DNA of 64,000 nt from the human T2T-CHM13v2.0 reference genome, Homo sapiens (GCF_009914755.1 NC_060930.1), one strand, 5' to 3'; shown: positions 17,581 through 33,158, counted from the first letter of the stretch. Notes: generated by a model from the sequence alone, not told the origin. Numbers and translations are program-made.

Positions 17581-18244
17581 TTGTATCTTAGCAATTATCA
17601 CCTAGCATTTTGATACGAAGTTGAGTGAAGCAATGGTTAACAATTAAAGAATTTATTGGCGCAATCTAAATATAGTACCAGGGATACTAGGAGCTAGAAA
17701 TTATGTCTTAGTTTCTAACCTTGAGATTATTATTTAACTTTTTCTGTTTAAGCTTTTCCTGTAAAACTGGGATAGTCACACGCTTCAAGAAGGCAAAGAT
17801 GAATAAACGTTTGTCAAAGTTAATGGGCTTCAGAATTAATATTCTGTCAGTGTTGATGCTCAGTGCTTGTGTAACCCTTAGTTTTGCATTTACTTTAAAA
17901 AATGAATTAGTTTACATTCTATGTAATTTTTATGAGCAAAAGTTCAGTTTCTGGAGAATGTGGTGAAACCCACAGAAACAGGAGTTGCTTATGATCCGTA
18001 GTTTATAGATTTTTATTTTTGAGTGAGGTAGAAGATTAATAGATTTTTTGAATTCTGAGTAGCAGAATAGAAACGAAAGGCATTAAATGTTTTTCTTATT
18101 AACAGTGTTGTTTTGCTCATTCTGGAAATAAGCCACCTGCCCCCCCTTTGCTTATTTAAATGAGAATTTGCTTAAAGCTTAAGTGGGAGGAGGGAAGAGT
18201 AAGTAGAGGATGGGCATAGTAGAGCGCCCGTCATAAATTTTAAA

Positions 18245-18712
<468 letters not shown>

Positions 18713-19326
18713 TTAAATTTCCTTGTATCTTTTCAAAGTTAGCTTTAATATGGGCAATATAACCAACTCATTTTCTTAAAATTGACTTAGAATAAGTATA
18801 TAGAATAACCAGAAGTAATTTCTTGCATTTACTTGTTTTAGGATTATTACTGTATTTATTATACAAAAATTGGTTATAATTGGAACCTTTTAGACTAGTT
18901 AATTGTATTAGACTGGGCCAGTAGTCACTCATTCAACATTTCTATTGAACATCTACTGTATACAGGCTAGGCAAGGATGATCATGGTCCCTGGCTTCAAA
19001 GAGTTTATAGTCTCTGGAGGAAGGTAGACAGATAATCGTAGTAAACTATGATTTATATATTTTATCACTGAGGTGAGTACAGTAAAGAGGGAGGTTATTT
19101 GGGAGTTTTAAAAGAAACATTCCAACAGAGGAGTTGTTCTAAAGAGATTTTAAAATAATAGTTCGTTGGAAAAATTGGCCATTGTAATAGTTGATTTGTT
19201 GGAGTATGATATTTGCTGACAGCACTATATACTGGACTGGCCGACTGGTTGATTGTAACTGTTATTGACCATTGATCAGTAGTGATCTGGTGGCTGACAG
19301 TTGTTTTGAAGGGTTGAATTACAGTC

Positions 19327-19361
19327 GTGTGTGTATGTGTATACATACGTACATGTGTTTG

Positions 19362-19402
<41 letters not shown>

Positions 19403-19576
19403 GCAAGGACCTAGGTTTAGATGTTACAGAGGATATAAGATACAGGAGACTCTAATAAAAAAATATGTTTGTGTGTATATATACATATATACGATGTGTG
19501 TGTGTATACATACATGTATACGGTGTGTGTGTGTGTATATATACATATATATGATGTGTGTGTGTATATATATATA
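19327..19576. repeat. Compound (TG)n/(TA)n microsatellite, two blocks, ~30-bp higher-order unit in second block
   Basis: Seen directly. Confidence 0.95.
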
Positions 19577-19596
19577 ATTTTCTTAGTTCATATAAG

Positions 19597-19816
19597 CAGG
19601 GCTTCTCAACTGGGCATAGTACTTTCCCTACCTCCAGTTCTCTCTTTGATGGCACTTAGAAATATGTGGGATCAGGTTTTTGGATGTTGCTATGACTAGG
19701 GATGTGGTACTGGCATTTAGTGCCCATGAGCTTCAATGCTAAGTTTTCTGAAGTGATCAGGACCGTCCCAACAAATGAAAGCGTAATTCCTCTAAGTACC
19801 CTTTTCAGAAACATTG
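19597..19816. mobile_element. MER20-type hAT-Charlie element
   Basis: cagggcttctcaactggg...tactggcatttagtg...agaaacattg matches recalled MER20 layout. Confidence 0.7.
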
Positions 19817-20300
19817 AACAGAAAGAAAAATAGTATATCTAGAAGATTTTTTTTTTTAGTCCTTCTACTCTTTTCATATTGAGATAGTTAAGCTCCAGAA
19901 ATATACTTTATTTGGAACAGGTCCAGGTAAATGATATTCAACAATATTTAAGTATAATTTATACTGACCATGAGAGATCAAGAAACTTTCTACTTTCTTA
20001 GCAGAAATTACAAGCAATTGCATAAACAGTTAGTAAAACAACTTTTGCTAGGTTAAAGAGGGTAGCAAATTCAGCATAATTATCCTGATTAAAGAAAAGA
20101 TTTGACATTTTGATATAATAAATTCTGTACTTTTAAGAAAGCATTTATATGCAAGGACCTAGGTTTAGATGTTATAGGAGATAAAAGATACGGGCAACTA
20201 GTGGGATATAAATTAGTAAGATAATATTTAAATATCACTTCAAAATGACAGCTGAAAAGATGTCAAAAGGCAGTGTATTAACTAACAAATTGTTTTGCTT

Positions 20301-20592
20301 TATTTTTATTTTTTTGAGACAGGGTCTCCACTCTGTCACCCAGGTGGGAGTGCAGTGACACAGTCACGGCTCACTGCATCCTTGACCAACTGGGCTTAAG
20401 CGATCCTCTTGCCTCAGCCTGAGTAGCTGGGACCACAGGTGCACATCAACATGCCTAACTTTAAAATTTTTTGTGGAGACAAGATCTCCCTACATTGCCC
20501 AGGTTGGTCTCAAACTCCTGTGCTCAAGCAGTCCTCCCACCTTGGTCTCCCAAAGTGCTGGGACTATAGGCGTGAGCCACTGCACCCAGCCT
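20301..20592 (-). mobile_element. Alu (AluJ-type)
   Basis: Reverse dimer; TSD gttttgcttt. Confidence 0.92.
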
Positions 20593-22045
20593 GGTTTTGC
20601 TTTTTTGTTGTTTGTTTTGTTTTGTTTTAAATTGAAAATGTACTAATTGAAATGGTTTTTTAAAATTCACCCTGAGAAAGGGCATACAATGAAAACTTGA
20701 TCTTTTTCCCATTCTAGAGTTCCAGTCTCATTTCCACAAAGACAAATCCCCTAATGGTTTCCAGAACTAGTTTGCTCTTTTTAAGAAAATAAAGATAACT
20801 ACACTGTATCTTGCTTTCCCTCCCCCCAAAAGCATCTTCTAGCTCATTCCATAGCTGCTCATGTAAGTTTTTGGCTTTCCGTATTATAGTATATAGTAAT
20901 TCTAGTCTATGGCTGGGTCTAATTAATCAGTTCATTATCAGTGGATATTTAGGAGAGTAAGTTAATTTTATGTATAGCAACTTAAAGAGTTCAAAGTAGG
21001 TAGTAAGCACTTCAGGCTGGGGTATCAGGGAAGGCTTTCCTGAGGAGGTACTATTTGAGCTAGTCTTCATTACCTTTGTTAGCCATTATTGGTGCCTGAT
21101 TGGTATAAGAAATAAAAACCAAATTAAAACTGTTAGAGCTACAGAATGTTTAGATTACATATTTAGGACATTTCTTTGTATATTTTATGTCTCATCAGTT
21201 TGATACAAGTTGATTCTTTTGTTTATATACATGTTACATTATAACTGCAAGATCTTTGAAACTAAGCATTTTCCTTAAAAATTAGACTTTCTTTTTGACT
21301 ATTAGAGGCTATCTTAATTTGTAGGACACTTTAAATCAGAAGAAAAGACAGCTTGCTTGTTAATTAGTGATAATTACTTTAGGTATTGAGGGAGCAATAA
21401 GTCATTTAAACTTTTAGAAGTTTAGATAGTGCTCATGGGAAATAATTTTTTAAATGTTCATAATTAGTATGATTGCATGTTAGAGATAATAAATTCTACT
21501 TTGCAGAGTATGCTTATATCAATTTCAGCAAAACTAAGCTTTGCTTGCCCCCTTCTTATCCTTTTTGGACCTAAATTAAAATGAGGGAAGAGAAGATTTA
21601 TTCTGCAGCTGTACTTCATAACATTTACTAACCTGCCAAACAGGATTTTCATAGGTTTTTAACTATAAAACTGCTGCTCTACTTATTTTCTTGAGATTCT
21701 GTCAAAGGTGAGAGGTTACATTATTTTTCCCAACTCCTACAGATAAATTCAGTTTATAAAATTAACCAATCAGTGTGAGTATGCTCTTATAGTTGTAAAA
21801 TGGAAAGTTTGCTTTCATTAATATGTTTGTCAGCATACATACACTGTGACTTTTAACAAGGTATTATTTTCCAGGAGAGCCTCCTGATTCATTGTTTTTC
21901 TTTTGGCATTGGCAGTTGCACAATGTATCTCAAAAGAAAAATGTTACCTTTTCCCCCTTGACTTACATTAAAAAAAGAAAGACTAAAGTCTCTAAGTATA
22001 TATGTTCAGCTAAGAAGATTTGTTAAAATTCAGTTACATACATAG

Positions 22046-22410
<365 letters not shown>

Positions 22411-22931
22411 TTATGTGGGAACACTAAGGTAGCTATGGAGAATTATGGAGTGGACCTCCACCCATAAAGAGCTTACAAAATCTATAGCATGTATCAATTG
22501 TTAAGTGACAGTATTAGATAGTAAGGCATCTAGTGGGGTAGTAAGTATGGATTAAGAGAAGTAGAGCATCTTGAAATTATTTTAGCTGAAAATTGAGCAG
22601 GAAAGGAAAACAGTATTTACATTGGATCTTGAAGGATTTTGGATAACCAAAGAGAAGTGGGAGGGATGAGAATAAAAGCTCAGATAAATGGACCAACTAT
22701 TCAAACTGGCATTTTTGGAGAAAAATGCCAAGTGATAGGATTGAAAGGATAGATTAAAACCAGACTAAGACTTTAGGATGCCAAGCCAAGAAGTTTTGAT
22801 TAATCTTGTAAGTGTAGATTTATGGTTACATGGCCTAAAGACTCATCCTTCTGAGTTTGAGGCATTGAAATAAAAGTTAATTTCAGAATGTTACAACCCT
22901 TGTTTCGCCCACCTCGCCCCGCCAAGTATCG

Positions 22932-23393
22932 TGTATCAGTTATTGTCATGTTACAAACTATCCAAAAACTTAGTACCTTTAAAAGAACAGCCATTTTTAT
23001 TACTGTTCACAAGTCAGTGGGTCTGCTGAGTGGTTCTGCAGTCAGCTCTCATGTTTTCTGGGGCTGAATAGTCCCAGATGGTTTCATTCATATGTCTGGT
23101 GGTTGTCAGACAGGCTGGTCTAAAGGCTTCACTTGGGCTGGCTCATTTTTCTGTTCTTAGCCTTCTCTAGTAAGGTAGTCTGGATTTCTTTACATAGCAT
23201 CAAGAGAGTAAGTTCTTTTCCACACATGCTTTACTTTGTATGCCCCTCCTGGTGTCATATTTATAATGATGTCCCATTAGCTACTGCCAATTAAGTGGTC
23301 AAACTCAGCCACCTTGTGGGAAGGGGATCACACATACTATGGGTACAGGGAGATGTGATTCTTTAGGGACCATTTCTATAACACTCTACCACA
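22932..23393 (-). mobile_element. MLT1-type MaLR solo LTR
   Basis: tgtatcagtta...caaaacttagt...gtcccatt...ctaccaca termini and internal motifs. Confidence 0.75.
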
Positions 23394-23638
23394 TGTCCCT
23401 TTTCCCTTTATTCCCTACTGTAGTGTGAGGCACTTTTATGGGACACATTTAATTTTTTTCCTTTCAATAGCACTGCTTCTGCTTTCTTTTTTGTCACTCA
23501 TCTTCTCTAACCACATCTGACTGTCCCTTCGATTGGCAAAAGTCATGCGCATTCCTGCTTTCTGATCTCAATCTCTAAATAGAAGAGAGGCATCCCCGCC
23601 CCATCACTGAGACTTTAGAAGATTTGTGGAATGACCTC

Positions 23639-23935
23639 TTTTTTTTTTTTTTTTGATATGGAGTCTCGCTCTGTCGCACAGGCTGGAGTGCAGTGGGGTG
23701 ATCTCGACTCACTGCAACCTCTGCCTCCCTGTTCAAGCGAGTCTTCTGCCTCCGCCTCCCAAGTAGGTGGGACTACAGGCATGTGCCACCATGCCCGTCT
23801 AATTTTTTTTTTTTTTTGTAAGAGATGGGGTTTCACCATGTTGGCCAGGCTGGTCTCGAACTCCTGACCTCTTGATCCGCCCGCCTCAGCCTCCCAAAGT
23901 GCCGGGATTACAGGCGTGAGCCACCTCACCTGGCC
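23639..23935 (-). mobile_element. Alu (AluSg-like)
   Basis: Reverse dimer; TSD gaatgacctctttt. Confidence 0.94.
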
Positions 23936-24142
23936 AGAATGACCTCTTTATTTACTATGCTTGTTTACCTTGATATTAAACCTGGTCTGAATTTGTTGTG
24001 TTACATTATCTCTACCTTGTATAGTCTAATAATGACATCCTAGTTCTTGTCCCAATGAACTCGCTTTTAACATTCCTTTTGGTTTTTGAAATTCCCCAAA
24101 GTTCTGCTTTTGTCTTTCTCAGTGGCAGTCTACCTCTTGTAA

Positions 24143-24487
24143 CAGTGTTTCTCAGATTTCAGTTTGCAGAAATCAAAGAGAGTAAGTCTGTAGATCTCAG
24201 TTAGAGTTACAAGTTATTAACCTCAGCTTATCCAGGTTGAGCATTTCAAATCTGAAATGGTAAACACTTCTGGTCCCAAGCATTTTCAGATAAGGGATAC
24301 TCACCCGGGAGTAAGATATAACTTTATTTTACTTCACCATTTAGTTGTCACACTGAAACAAAATGACCACAAAACCATACTTATCTTTACTATGTGTGGC
24401 ACATTCAGTTTTTCACTTATTTTAAAATGTTGCTCTTGATTTTATAATCCACCAATAGGTCATAACCCACAGTTTGAAAAATACTAT
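24143..24487. mobile_element. hAT-Charlie-type MITE (family uncertain)
   Basis: Ends cagtgtttctca ... cacagtttgaaaaatact form degenerate TIRs. Confidence 0.5.
24233..24308. mobile_element. Mini Tigger4/Zombi derivative (~75 bp)
   Basis: TIRs caggttgagcat ... gggatactcacccg; shares aaacacttctg.tcccaagcatttt with the copy at 52018. Confidence 0.75.
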
Positions 24488-24630
24488 TTTAGAGGGTCAC
24501 TGGGATTCAATTCAGTAGTAAGTAAAAAAGTAGGCAGTTCCTATGTTTAAGCTAGTCTTTTAGTCTAGTTGGCCCAGAACATTCTTTTATTTAGGAGAAG
24601 CATCAAAATTAAAATACATGTTTACATTTC

Positions 24631-24930
24631 TTTTTTTTTTTTTTTTTTTGACATAGAGTTTCGCTCTTGTCTCCCAGGCTGGAGTGCAGTGGCGTGATCT
24701 CAGCTCACTGCAACCTCTGCCTCCAGGTTTAAGCGATTCTCCCGCCTCAGCTTCCCGAGTAGCTGGGACTACAGGCAGGCACCACCAAGCCTGGCTAGTT
24801 TTTGTATTTTTAGTAGAGACTAGGTTTCACCATGTTGGCCAGGCTGGTCTCAAGCTCCTGACCTCAGGTGATCTGCCTGCCTTGGCCTCCCAAACTGTTG
24901 GGATTACAGGCGGGAGCCCTGTCACCTGGA
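24631..24930 (-). mobile_element. Alu (AluSx-type)
   Basis: Reverse dimer; TSD tttacatttct. Confidence 0.94.
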
Positions 24931-26180
24931 CAGTTTTACATTTCTTAAAGTGAATGCTAGAAACCCAACATATTATGTTCACAGAACCCGATTTGAGAAA
25001 TACTGATGCATAGGAAAAAATCTACATTTAAGCATGAACCCATTGCGCTCTCCCTCCATTGTTTACTTTTTTCAGCATTACTTTTTATTATTCTACAGGA
25101 ACTTCCTGCTCCCTTTAAATTTATTAATTTCCTCACAAGCATATCTGTTCATTTTACTGCCTTTGTGACTGCTTAGATAACTTTGCAGTGTTACAATAGT
25201 GGAAAGCCAAATGGCTTTGAGTTCAACTATGAGCTCCCCCACAATCTGGGAGAAATATTTAGCTCTGTAAGTCATGCTTTCTTTGAAAAAATAAGGCTGA
25301 GGTAAGGGATGATAAACACCTACCCATAGAGGGTAGTAAGAGACACTGGTGAAGGCTCCCAGCACAGTGTCTGGCACAAGGAAGACATCATAAACAAGTA
25401 GTTTTTGAATCATTCTCAACTCTACCTGTACCTTAAAGCCCAGCATGATCACGTATTTTCCAAGTATACCCTTCTCTGGTCTGCACTTGCTCTGAGAGTT
25501 ACTTTTGACTTCTGTCATTGACTATGTTATGTTGCTTGTATAGCATGGATTTTTCAGTATAATTTAACTTTATTTTCAATGGTTGAAAATTTTTTCAAGC
25601 TTTGTCAGTTTTGGTTAGAAAAGTATACATGAGTCATAAATATGTATGCATTTGTTGCCTTTTGTTTCTATATTGCATGCTCTATGTCCTCAGATTTTGG
25701 ATTCCTTCATTGTACATACAATGCTTTGATGTAGTAAGTTCTCCATAAGTATTTCTTTGAGATTTTTTTCTCAGAGCTTTACTTGTCCTCAGATATTAAC
25801 ACTTTTGAGTTTTGATTTGCCCAAGGTCCCAGAGTTAGGATATGGTTAGAATCCAGGTTCAAATTAAGTATATTTTGCTGCCTGTGTTTTCCGTGTTCTA
25901 TTGTTAAAGAGTTACTTGACTCTTTTCCTGAAATAGGTTATACTGTTTTATTGTAGTAGTGTTGGAAAACTATTTTAATAGTAAAAATACTACCATTTAT
26001 TTCCTTAAACTAGGAAGTGAACTGCAGGAAAAATCATTTATTTATTCCATTAGCAGTTACTTGGTGCGTGATTTGTGGCAGACACTGTACTATTGGTATA
26101 GGAAAAATTTGCTGTCACTTCAGCGAAAAACTTGCAAAAGTTAAACTTCTGAAGGCAATCCTGAAATCTTTTTTCCCTCA

Positions 26181-26600
<420 letters not shown>

Positions 26601-27356
26601 TTATGAGATTGAGGAGAGCTATGTTTGTCAGATATATTTTACTGCTCTTTATGTGGTTGAGAAAGTAATTTGAACTAAGATTGTGTAGGAATTCTTCGCT
26701 GATTCAGAAAATGCCACCTAACTGGCATTCAAAATTAAAGCAAATATGATTATCCAGAGTGTAGTCCTTTCTTTACCTATAAAGGCAGAACCAAAAGGAC
26801 TCTTAGTGAAGCTTCTGCATTGTCTTTGGTTGAAGGCACCTATCCTCACTCAGACTGTCATTGTCCAAAATCAGTAATGTTGTTTTACTTACAAGTTAGG
26901 AAATTCAGTTACCTAATTTCCATAATCTGCAAATGGGCGGAACCTTGGAGTTAGAGGCAAGACCAACCAGATTGAAGAGAAAGGGAATCAGTATTCAGAA
27001 CAGGCACTGTTAGATGCTTTACTAACGATGAATTGTTTAATCTGAAGACCTATGAGATCATAGGATTCAAGAACCATTTAGTTTTAGTGTCCAAGTTAAT
27101 TCAAATTGCCTTGTAGGACCTCATCATTACTACTATGTAATACTTGCTCAGTATGACCCAGTGTCATCAAAAAATGTTAAATTTTATTAAGTGATTGTTT
27201 AGGAAGACTGAGGCATATGGTTAAATGGCTAAAACTAAGCAGCGCTTTAAAAAATAAAATTTCAAATACCTGGAAAATGTCTTCATGTGGAACATTTGGC
27301 ATCCTTATTGATGCCTGATATATAGGAGGTGATGTTATATATTAGCTTCGTAATAG

Positions 27357-27671
<315 letters not shown>

Positions 27672-27692
27672 TAATTAAATTTAAAAATAGTA

Positions 27693-28277
27693 TGATCATC
27701 CCTCGGTATTCGTAGAGAATTGGCTCCAGGACCCCCCTTAGATTCCAAAATCCCCAGATGCTCAAGTCCCTTAAATGAAATGGCATAGTATTTGCATATA
27801 ACCTAGCACATCCTCCCAAATACTTTCTCTGTAGATGCTATGTAAATAGTTGTTATACGGTTTTGGTTTTTTGTTTGTATTTTTATTGTCGTATTGTTAC
27901 TTTTTATTGCTTTTTTTTTAATTTTTATTTTTTTGAGACAGAGTCTTGCTCTGTTGCCCCAGCTGCAGTGCAGTGGCACCATCTCGGCTCACTGCAGCCT
28001 CCGCCTCCCGGGTTCAAGCGATTCTTGTGACTCAGCCTGCCGAGCAGCTGCAATTACAGGTGCGCCACCATGCCCAGCTAATTTTTGTATTTTTAGTGAA
28101 GACGGGGTTTCACCACGTTGGCCAGGCTAGTCTCGAACTCCTGACCTGAAGTGATCTGCTCGCCTCAGCCTCCGAAAGTGCTGGGATTACAGGTGTGAGC
28201 CACTGCGCCCAGCCTGCTTTTTTTTTTCCAGTGTATTTTCCATCGAGTTTTGTTGAATCTATGGGTATGGAACCCAT
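27693..28277. mobile_element. MER2 (TcMar-Tigger MITE) split by an Alu
   Basis: catccctcggtat...gatgctcaagtccctt...gtatttgcatataaccta and ggaacccatggatactgaaggc...ctgta ends. Confidence 0.8.
27911..28214 (-). mobile_element. Alu (AluS-type) inside MER2
   Basis: Reverse dimer; TSD tgcttttttt. Confidence 0.93.
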
Positions 28278-28516
28278 GGATACTGAAGGCCCCCTGTAAT
28301 TAACAATTGGCTTGGCTCCTCATTGCAGACAGTGTTATACAGATAATCAGAAAGCTATTATATCAGCTATTTGATATAAATAATTTAAATTAAGTCTAGC
28401 ACTAATTTTGATTTACCAAAGTTGATTGAAGTAGTTATTTGTGATATTGAGAAAATTATTTCCAGTAAATAGGAATGATTATGCTACTTTTAAAAGATGA
28501 GCCATTAGCATTTAGT

Positions 28517-28821
<305 letters not shown>

Positions 28822-30184
28822 TAGAATTTGTATATACTCAAAATAGTTTACATTTTGCATTTTTCTATATGAACATATGCATGTATTGCTGATCTTTCCC
28901 TACTTTTTGCAAATATGATAGATTTCACTATATACAAAACTTAAAACATTATACATTAACTCAAGCATTGTCAATTTATATTCTGAAATAATGCAAATTT
29001 TAATTTTTTTAAAAACAAAACTTCTACAAGATTATTATATTATTTTAGGAGACTAAAACATAAAAGCCTGATACTTAAGTAGTTTGAATCTGGTGATTTA
29101 TTCCATGACTTAACCTATTCATATTTGTATAATCTTATTTTAAGCCTTGGCTTGGGATTTTTTTTAATTGCCTCCCTAAAATAGGATAGTGCACATTGCA
29201 TAAAATGACATTGTCAATAAAATTTATATCCTCAAACTGACCATGAAGTTCATCAGCATGAAGATATTTTGTAGAAAGCATTTCTGAATGCATGTGTCAT
29301 AAAACTGCTTCTTTAGTAATTAAGAATTAACCCTAGTAAGTGAAGTTGAATATGTTGGCAATAAATTGATCAGTATATCCAGTATTGTGACTTGCTTATG
29401 AAATATTTTTGAAAAGATTACCTGATACTGCAAATTCTGCCTAAGGAGAAATTATTTTCAACACCAAAAGACCTTTGAGGATTTACCTATAATTGAATGA
29501 AAATATTTGTGGTGTGGGTTTTTTAATCCATGAAAACCATCCTTTATAAATCTTGTTTTATTTGAGCAAAAGAAACTACATCCTAGATTTTGTCTTTCAT
29601 ATATAGTTTGCTTGACAGCCCATTAGATACTGTGAATTAAAATCTTGGGATTCTAAGGATGTTGGTTTTTTCACATATTGTTTATTGTGACCTTGGCATG
29701 CCACTTGTAGCTTTTCTTTGTTTCTTTATCCTTCAAATGGGGACCTTTTATGGTTGTTATTAGAATTGATGAAAGCCATAATTATTTTAAATGATTGTTG
29801 TAATATAAAGTAACATTTTCATTTACACTTAGACTACTTTGGAAACACTTTGGATGTTTTATGTATGATATGACCTAGCATAATTTTAAAACATTAATAA
29901 TTCCACTGTTTTCAAGTTACCCATGATTATCACTTTTAAAAATAACATTAAATTACTGATTAATTTGTTTGAAGCCTACCTTTTAAAGAAAGTAGGATTA
30001 GACTTTATAATAATTTATAAAAGATACTTTTGCATGTGTGTGGTGGAGGGTTTGGAGTTAGTTGATGGGAGTGAATGTGCCAGGAGATTAGTGGCTTTAT
30101 AGTTGAAACCTTTCCTTTGTCCAAAATTTTAAACTAGAATTTGAGAGGCTGGGGATGAGAGAGAAGCTGGGATTATATAGTAAC

Positions 30185-30415
30185 TAAAAGAACAGATTTT
30201 GAACTATGATTTGAATTCCAACTCTGGCACTTCCTGAAGGACTTCAGGGTTGTGGTTTTTTGTTGGTTTTTTTTTTGTTTGTTTTTTTAATCTCTGTTCT
30301 TACATATAGACTAGAGGTAATAATATCTGCTTCAAGCTGTTGTGATTAAGGCATAATGTTTGCTGAGTACTTTGCTTATTATGGTGCTAGAATTACAGAG
30401 TAATTGTTAGCTATT
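30185..30415 (+). mobile_element. MIR (degenerate)
   Basis: tttgaattccaactctggcactt...gtaataatatctgcttca...gttgtgattaa core. Confidence 0.6.
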
Positions 30416-30459
30416 AATACATTTAAGAGGAGTAGATCCAAAATGTTCCCTCATAAAAT

Positions 30460-30640
30460 AACATTAGTTTTAAAAAGTTATTTAATCCACTATACCAAAA
30501 ATGTTGTAATTTCACCAACATAAAAATTGACATAGTTTACAGTCTTTTTTGTACATCTTCAAAGTCTGGTATGTATTTTATACTGATGGCATATGTCAGC
30601 TTGGACTAGTTAACATTTCAAGGGCTGTATACTCACATGA
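30460..30640. mobile_element. MER3/MER33-type hAT fragment
   Basis: ttggactag..acatttcaagggct...cacatg. Confidence 0.55.
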
Positions 30641-31494
30641 ATCTCAAATGTAATGAAATATACTGGTTTGCACCCTTTCATTGTCTGGCACATCTACTTG
30701 TAAACCAGTGGGAATGTCTGCCACTCTCCAACCTCTATATCCTATCATCTAGATTTAAATCAAGATATACCACTAGCGGAACATACTTATTATTGAACAT
30801 TAAACTATGAGATTAGCACTATGTCTGGTACTAGTTAAATGGCAACAAAAATGCCTGACATGGAGAGTTCAATTCAACCATTTATCTGTTTGCAAATACT
30901 AACAAAGGTAACTGTGAATGGGCAATCTCTTTTTCTTCATAGCACTTAGCACAATTACTAATTTTCTATAGTCTCTTATACTGTGTACTCTTTACCCTAT
31001 GATACCCTATGAGGGAAGGAACTGCATCCACCTTGTTTGCTACATTTTCTTAGTGAAAGCAGTGAACAGCTGTTTTTCTCTTTAGAACAATTTATGATAG
31101 CCTACCCCAATCATTAAAAAGTAATCAGGAAATTTCCCAGTAGTCAGAATCACATTTATCTTGCTTTCATCCGACTACTCCTCCAAGACACACCAGAATC
31201 AGAATGGTTGAGGCACAAATGGACAAGTAACAAAAGAACAGCTCTTTTCATCAACCTCTTAGACTTAAAGAAAAAAGAAAACAATACATATGCACCTGGT
31301 GGGAAAGAATAGTGAGTATTGTTGCCCAGGAGTCAGTGAGTGGCGTGGTTCATTAGCACCCTGGAGACTAATTAAGCATTCTTTAGAATGTTTAACCATT
31401 CTAAGTTAAACAATAGAAGTACTATAGTAGTCATGATAAAAGGAAACCTAATACCAATAAATGCCCTGAGTTTTTCTAAATGCAGAATAACATA

Positions 31495-31787
31495 GGACCA
31501 GGCATGGTGGCTCATACCTGTAATCCCAGCACTTTGGGAGGCCAAGGCAGGTGGCTTACTTGAGCCCAGGTGTTTGAGACCAGCCTGGGCAACACGGCAA
31601 AACCTCATCTCTATAAAAAATAAAAAATATTAGCTGGGCGTGGTGGTGCACACCTGTAGTCCCAGCTACTCAGGAGGCTGAAATGAGAGGATCACCTGAG
31701 CCTGGGAAGTCGAGGTTGCAGTGATCCAAGATTGCACCACTGCAATCTGGGCGACAGAATGAGACTCTGTCTCAAAAAAAAAAAAAA
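31495..31787 (+). mobile_element. Alu (AluJb-like)
   Basis: cttgagcccagg.gtttgagaccagcctgggcaac. Confidence 0.92.
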
Positions 31788-32222
31788 TTTTTTTTTAATT
31801 AAAAAATGAAATGGCATGTAATGATTAAAGGTGAAATCTGTTTCAAATAAAATTAAAAACCTATATTTAACTCATTTTTAATGATGTAATATTGTATTAT
31901 AATTCTTTCTGATAGTCTTAAGATTATAGGAATAACTTTATGTAGTATAAAACCTGGAAAGATGGAAGAGTTGAGAGTGACAGCAGCTCTTACTTTTTTA
32001 TTCTATATACAGTAAAATGGCACTTTAATAATATTGGAATTCTCCAGATTAATTTATTGTCAGTTTTGTAATTTTGGCACAAAAAAAAAATCCAACTCCT
32101 TATCAAGTGTTCCCTGTTTTGTAAACTGCTGATGTACACTAGCATTCCATATCATTCAAAACATTTATTCATCCATTGTGTATAAGTCAATCTTTTAAAA
32201 ACTGAATCATATTTAAAACTCC

Positions 32223-33158
32223 CTAAGGAAGATTACTTTTTTATTTTCTGTTTAGGCGAGCATTCCAAAAGTGGGGTAAATTTAGCTTCTTCACTGTGTT
32301 TCTTTCTTTTTTTTTCTTTCTATGGTCACTTTGATAACTGCTGGAGTCACTGCTTTGGAAAACAAGGTCCTAGTCCTGATGCTTTTTCTTTTTCTCCTCC
32401 TTTGGCTCATCTTCCCAGAGGCTATTCACATTAGTAATAATCTGTAAGTCTAACTCTTCCTTTGGGGTGACATCTGCAAAATTTGCTAGCTTGTGGTACC
32501 ATCATCCACTTCATTCATCTCTGGGTCTTTCTGGTTTCTCTTTTTCTTCTTTGGAAGTTTTTCAAAAGCTTCTTCAGTGCTGGTTTATCAGAAACTTCAG
32601 AGCTCTTGGGTTGTAAACTAGTGATTGTTTTCCCTAAATGCAGAATATTTCAGTAGCATCTTAATCTAGATGAAACACTTCATATTCTGGTTCATCACCC
32701 ACATTTATCTCCACAGCCTGCCACTGCTCAGCTGACATCTCAGGTTTAGGGATGGACGTATTAAAATATTTTTGTACAAAATAGCCAGTCTGACTAGAAG
32801 ACACTTTGTTAACTGTACTATAACCTTTTACCCTGGTTCAGGGCAGAAAATAACAAAATCTGCTTCAATGTTAAGATTAATGTGTCCTTGATCATCATAA
32901 ATATCTCCCAGTTCACCACAACTTTCATGTTATATGCAATGGGGACACCTAAAAGGCTCTCAGAATAGTGCAGGAGCTTCACATTAAGCTTCTCTGCAAT
33001 GCCAGTGTATTTCCTGTTAAGGTAGCAGAGTGATGTGCTTTTGGCTGGGCCACCAGGCAGGAATTCACCAACACCCAAGCAGCAGGATAGGTCGGCAGCT
33101 CTAGGAAAGGAAGGACATGTTCAGCCTGCGGCACCACCTCTGAACAACCTGCAGCCGT
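32223..33158 (-). pseudogene. Processed pseudogene of POLR1F/TWISTNB (RNA polymerase I subunit RPA43)
   Basis: Minus-strand translation across frameshifts: (ACG)AAGCSE..LELPTY..YLNRKYTGI..YSESLLGVPIAY..GELGDIYDDQGHINLNIEADFVIFCPEPG..NKVSSS..SIPKPE..SAEQWQ..VFQSSDSSSYQSDH..HSEEAKFTPLLECSPK..*; colinear with recalled RPA43 and intronless; ATG>ACG, several stops and frameshifts; 3'UTR-like sequence probably continues below 32223. Confidence 0.93.

Noticed and set aside
19095-19699. HT/CV/YI-rich ORFs
   Set aside because: Translations of the TG/TA microsatellite
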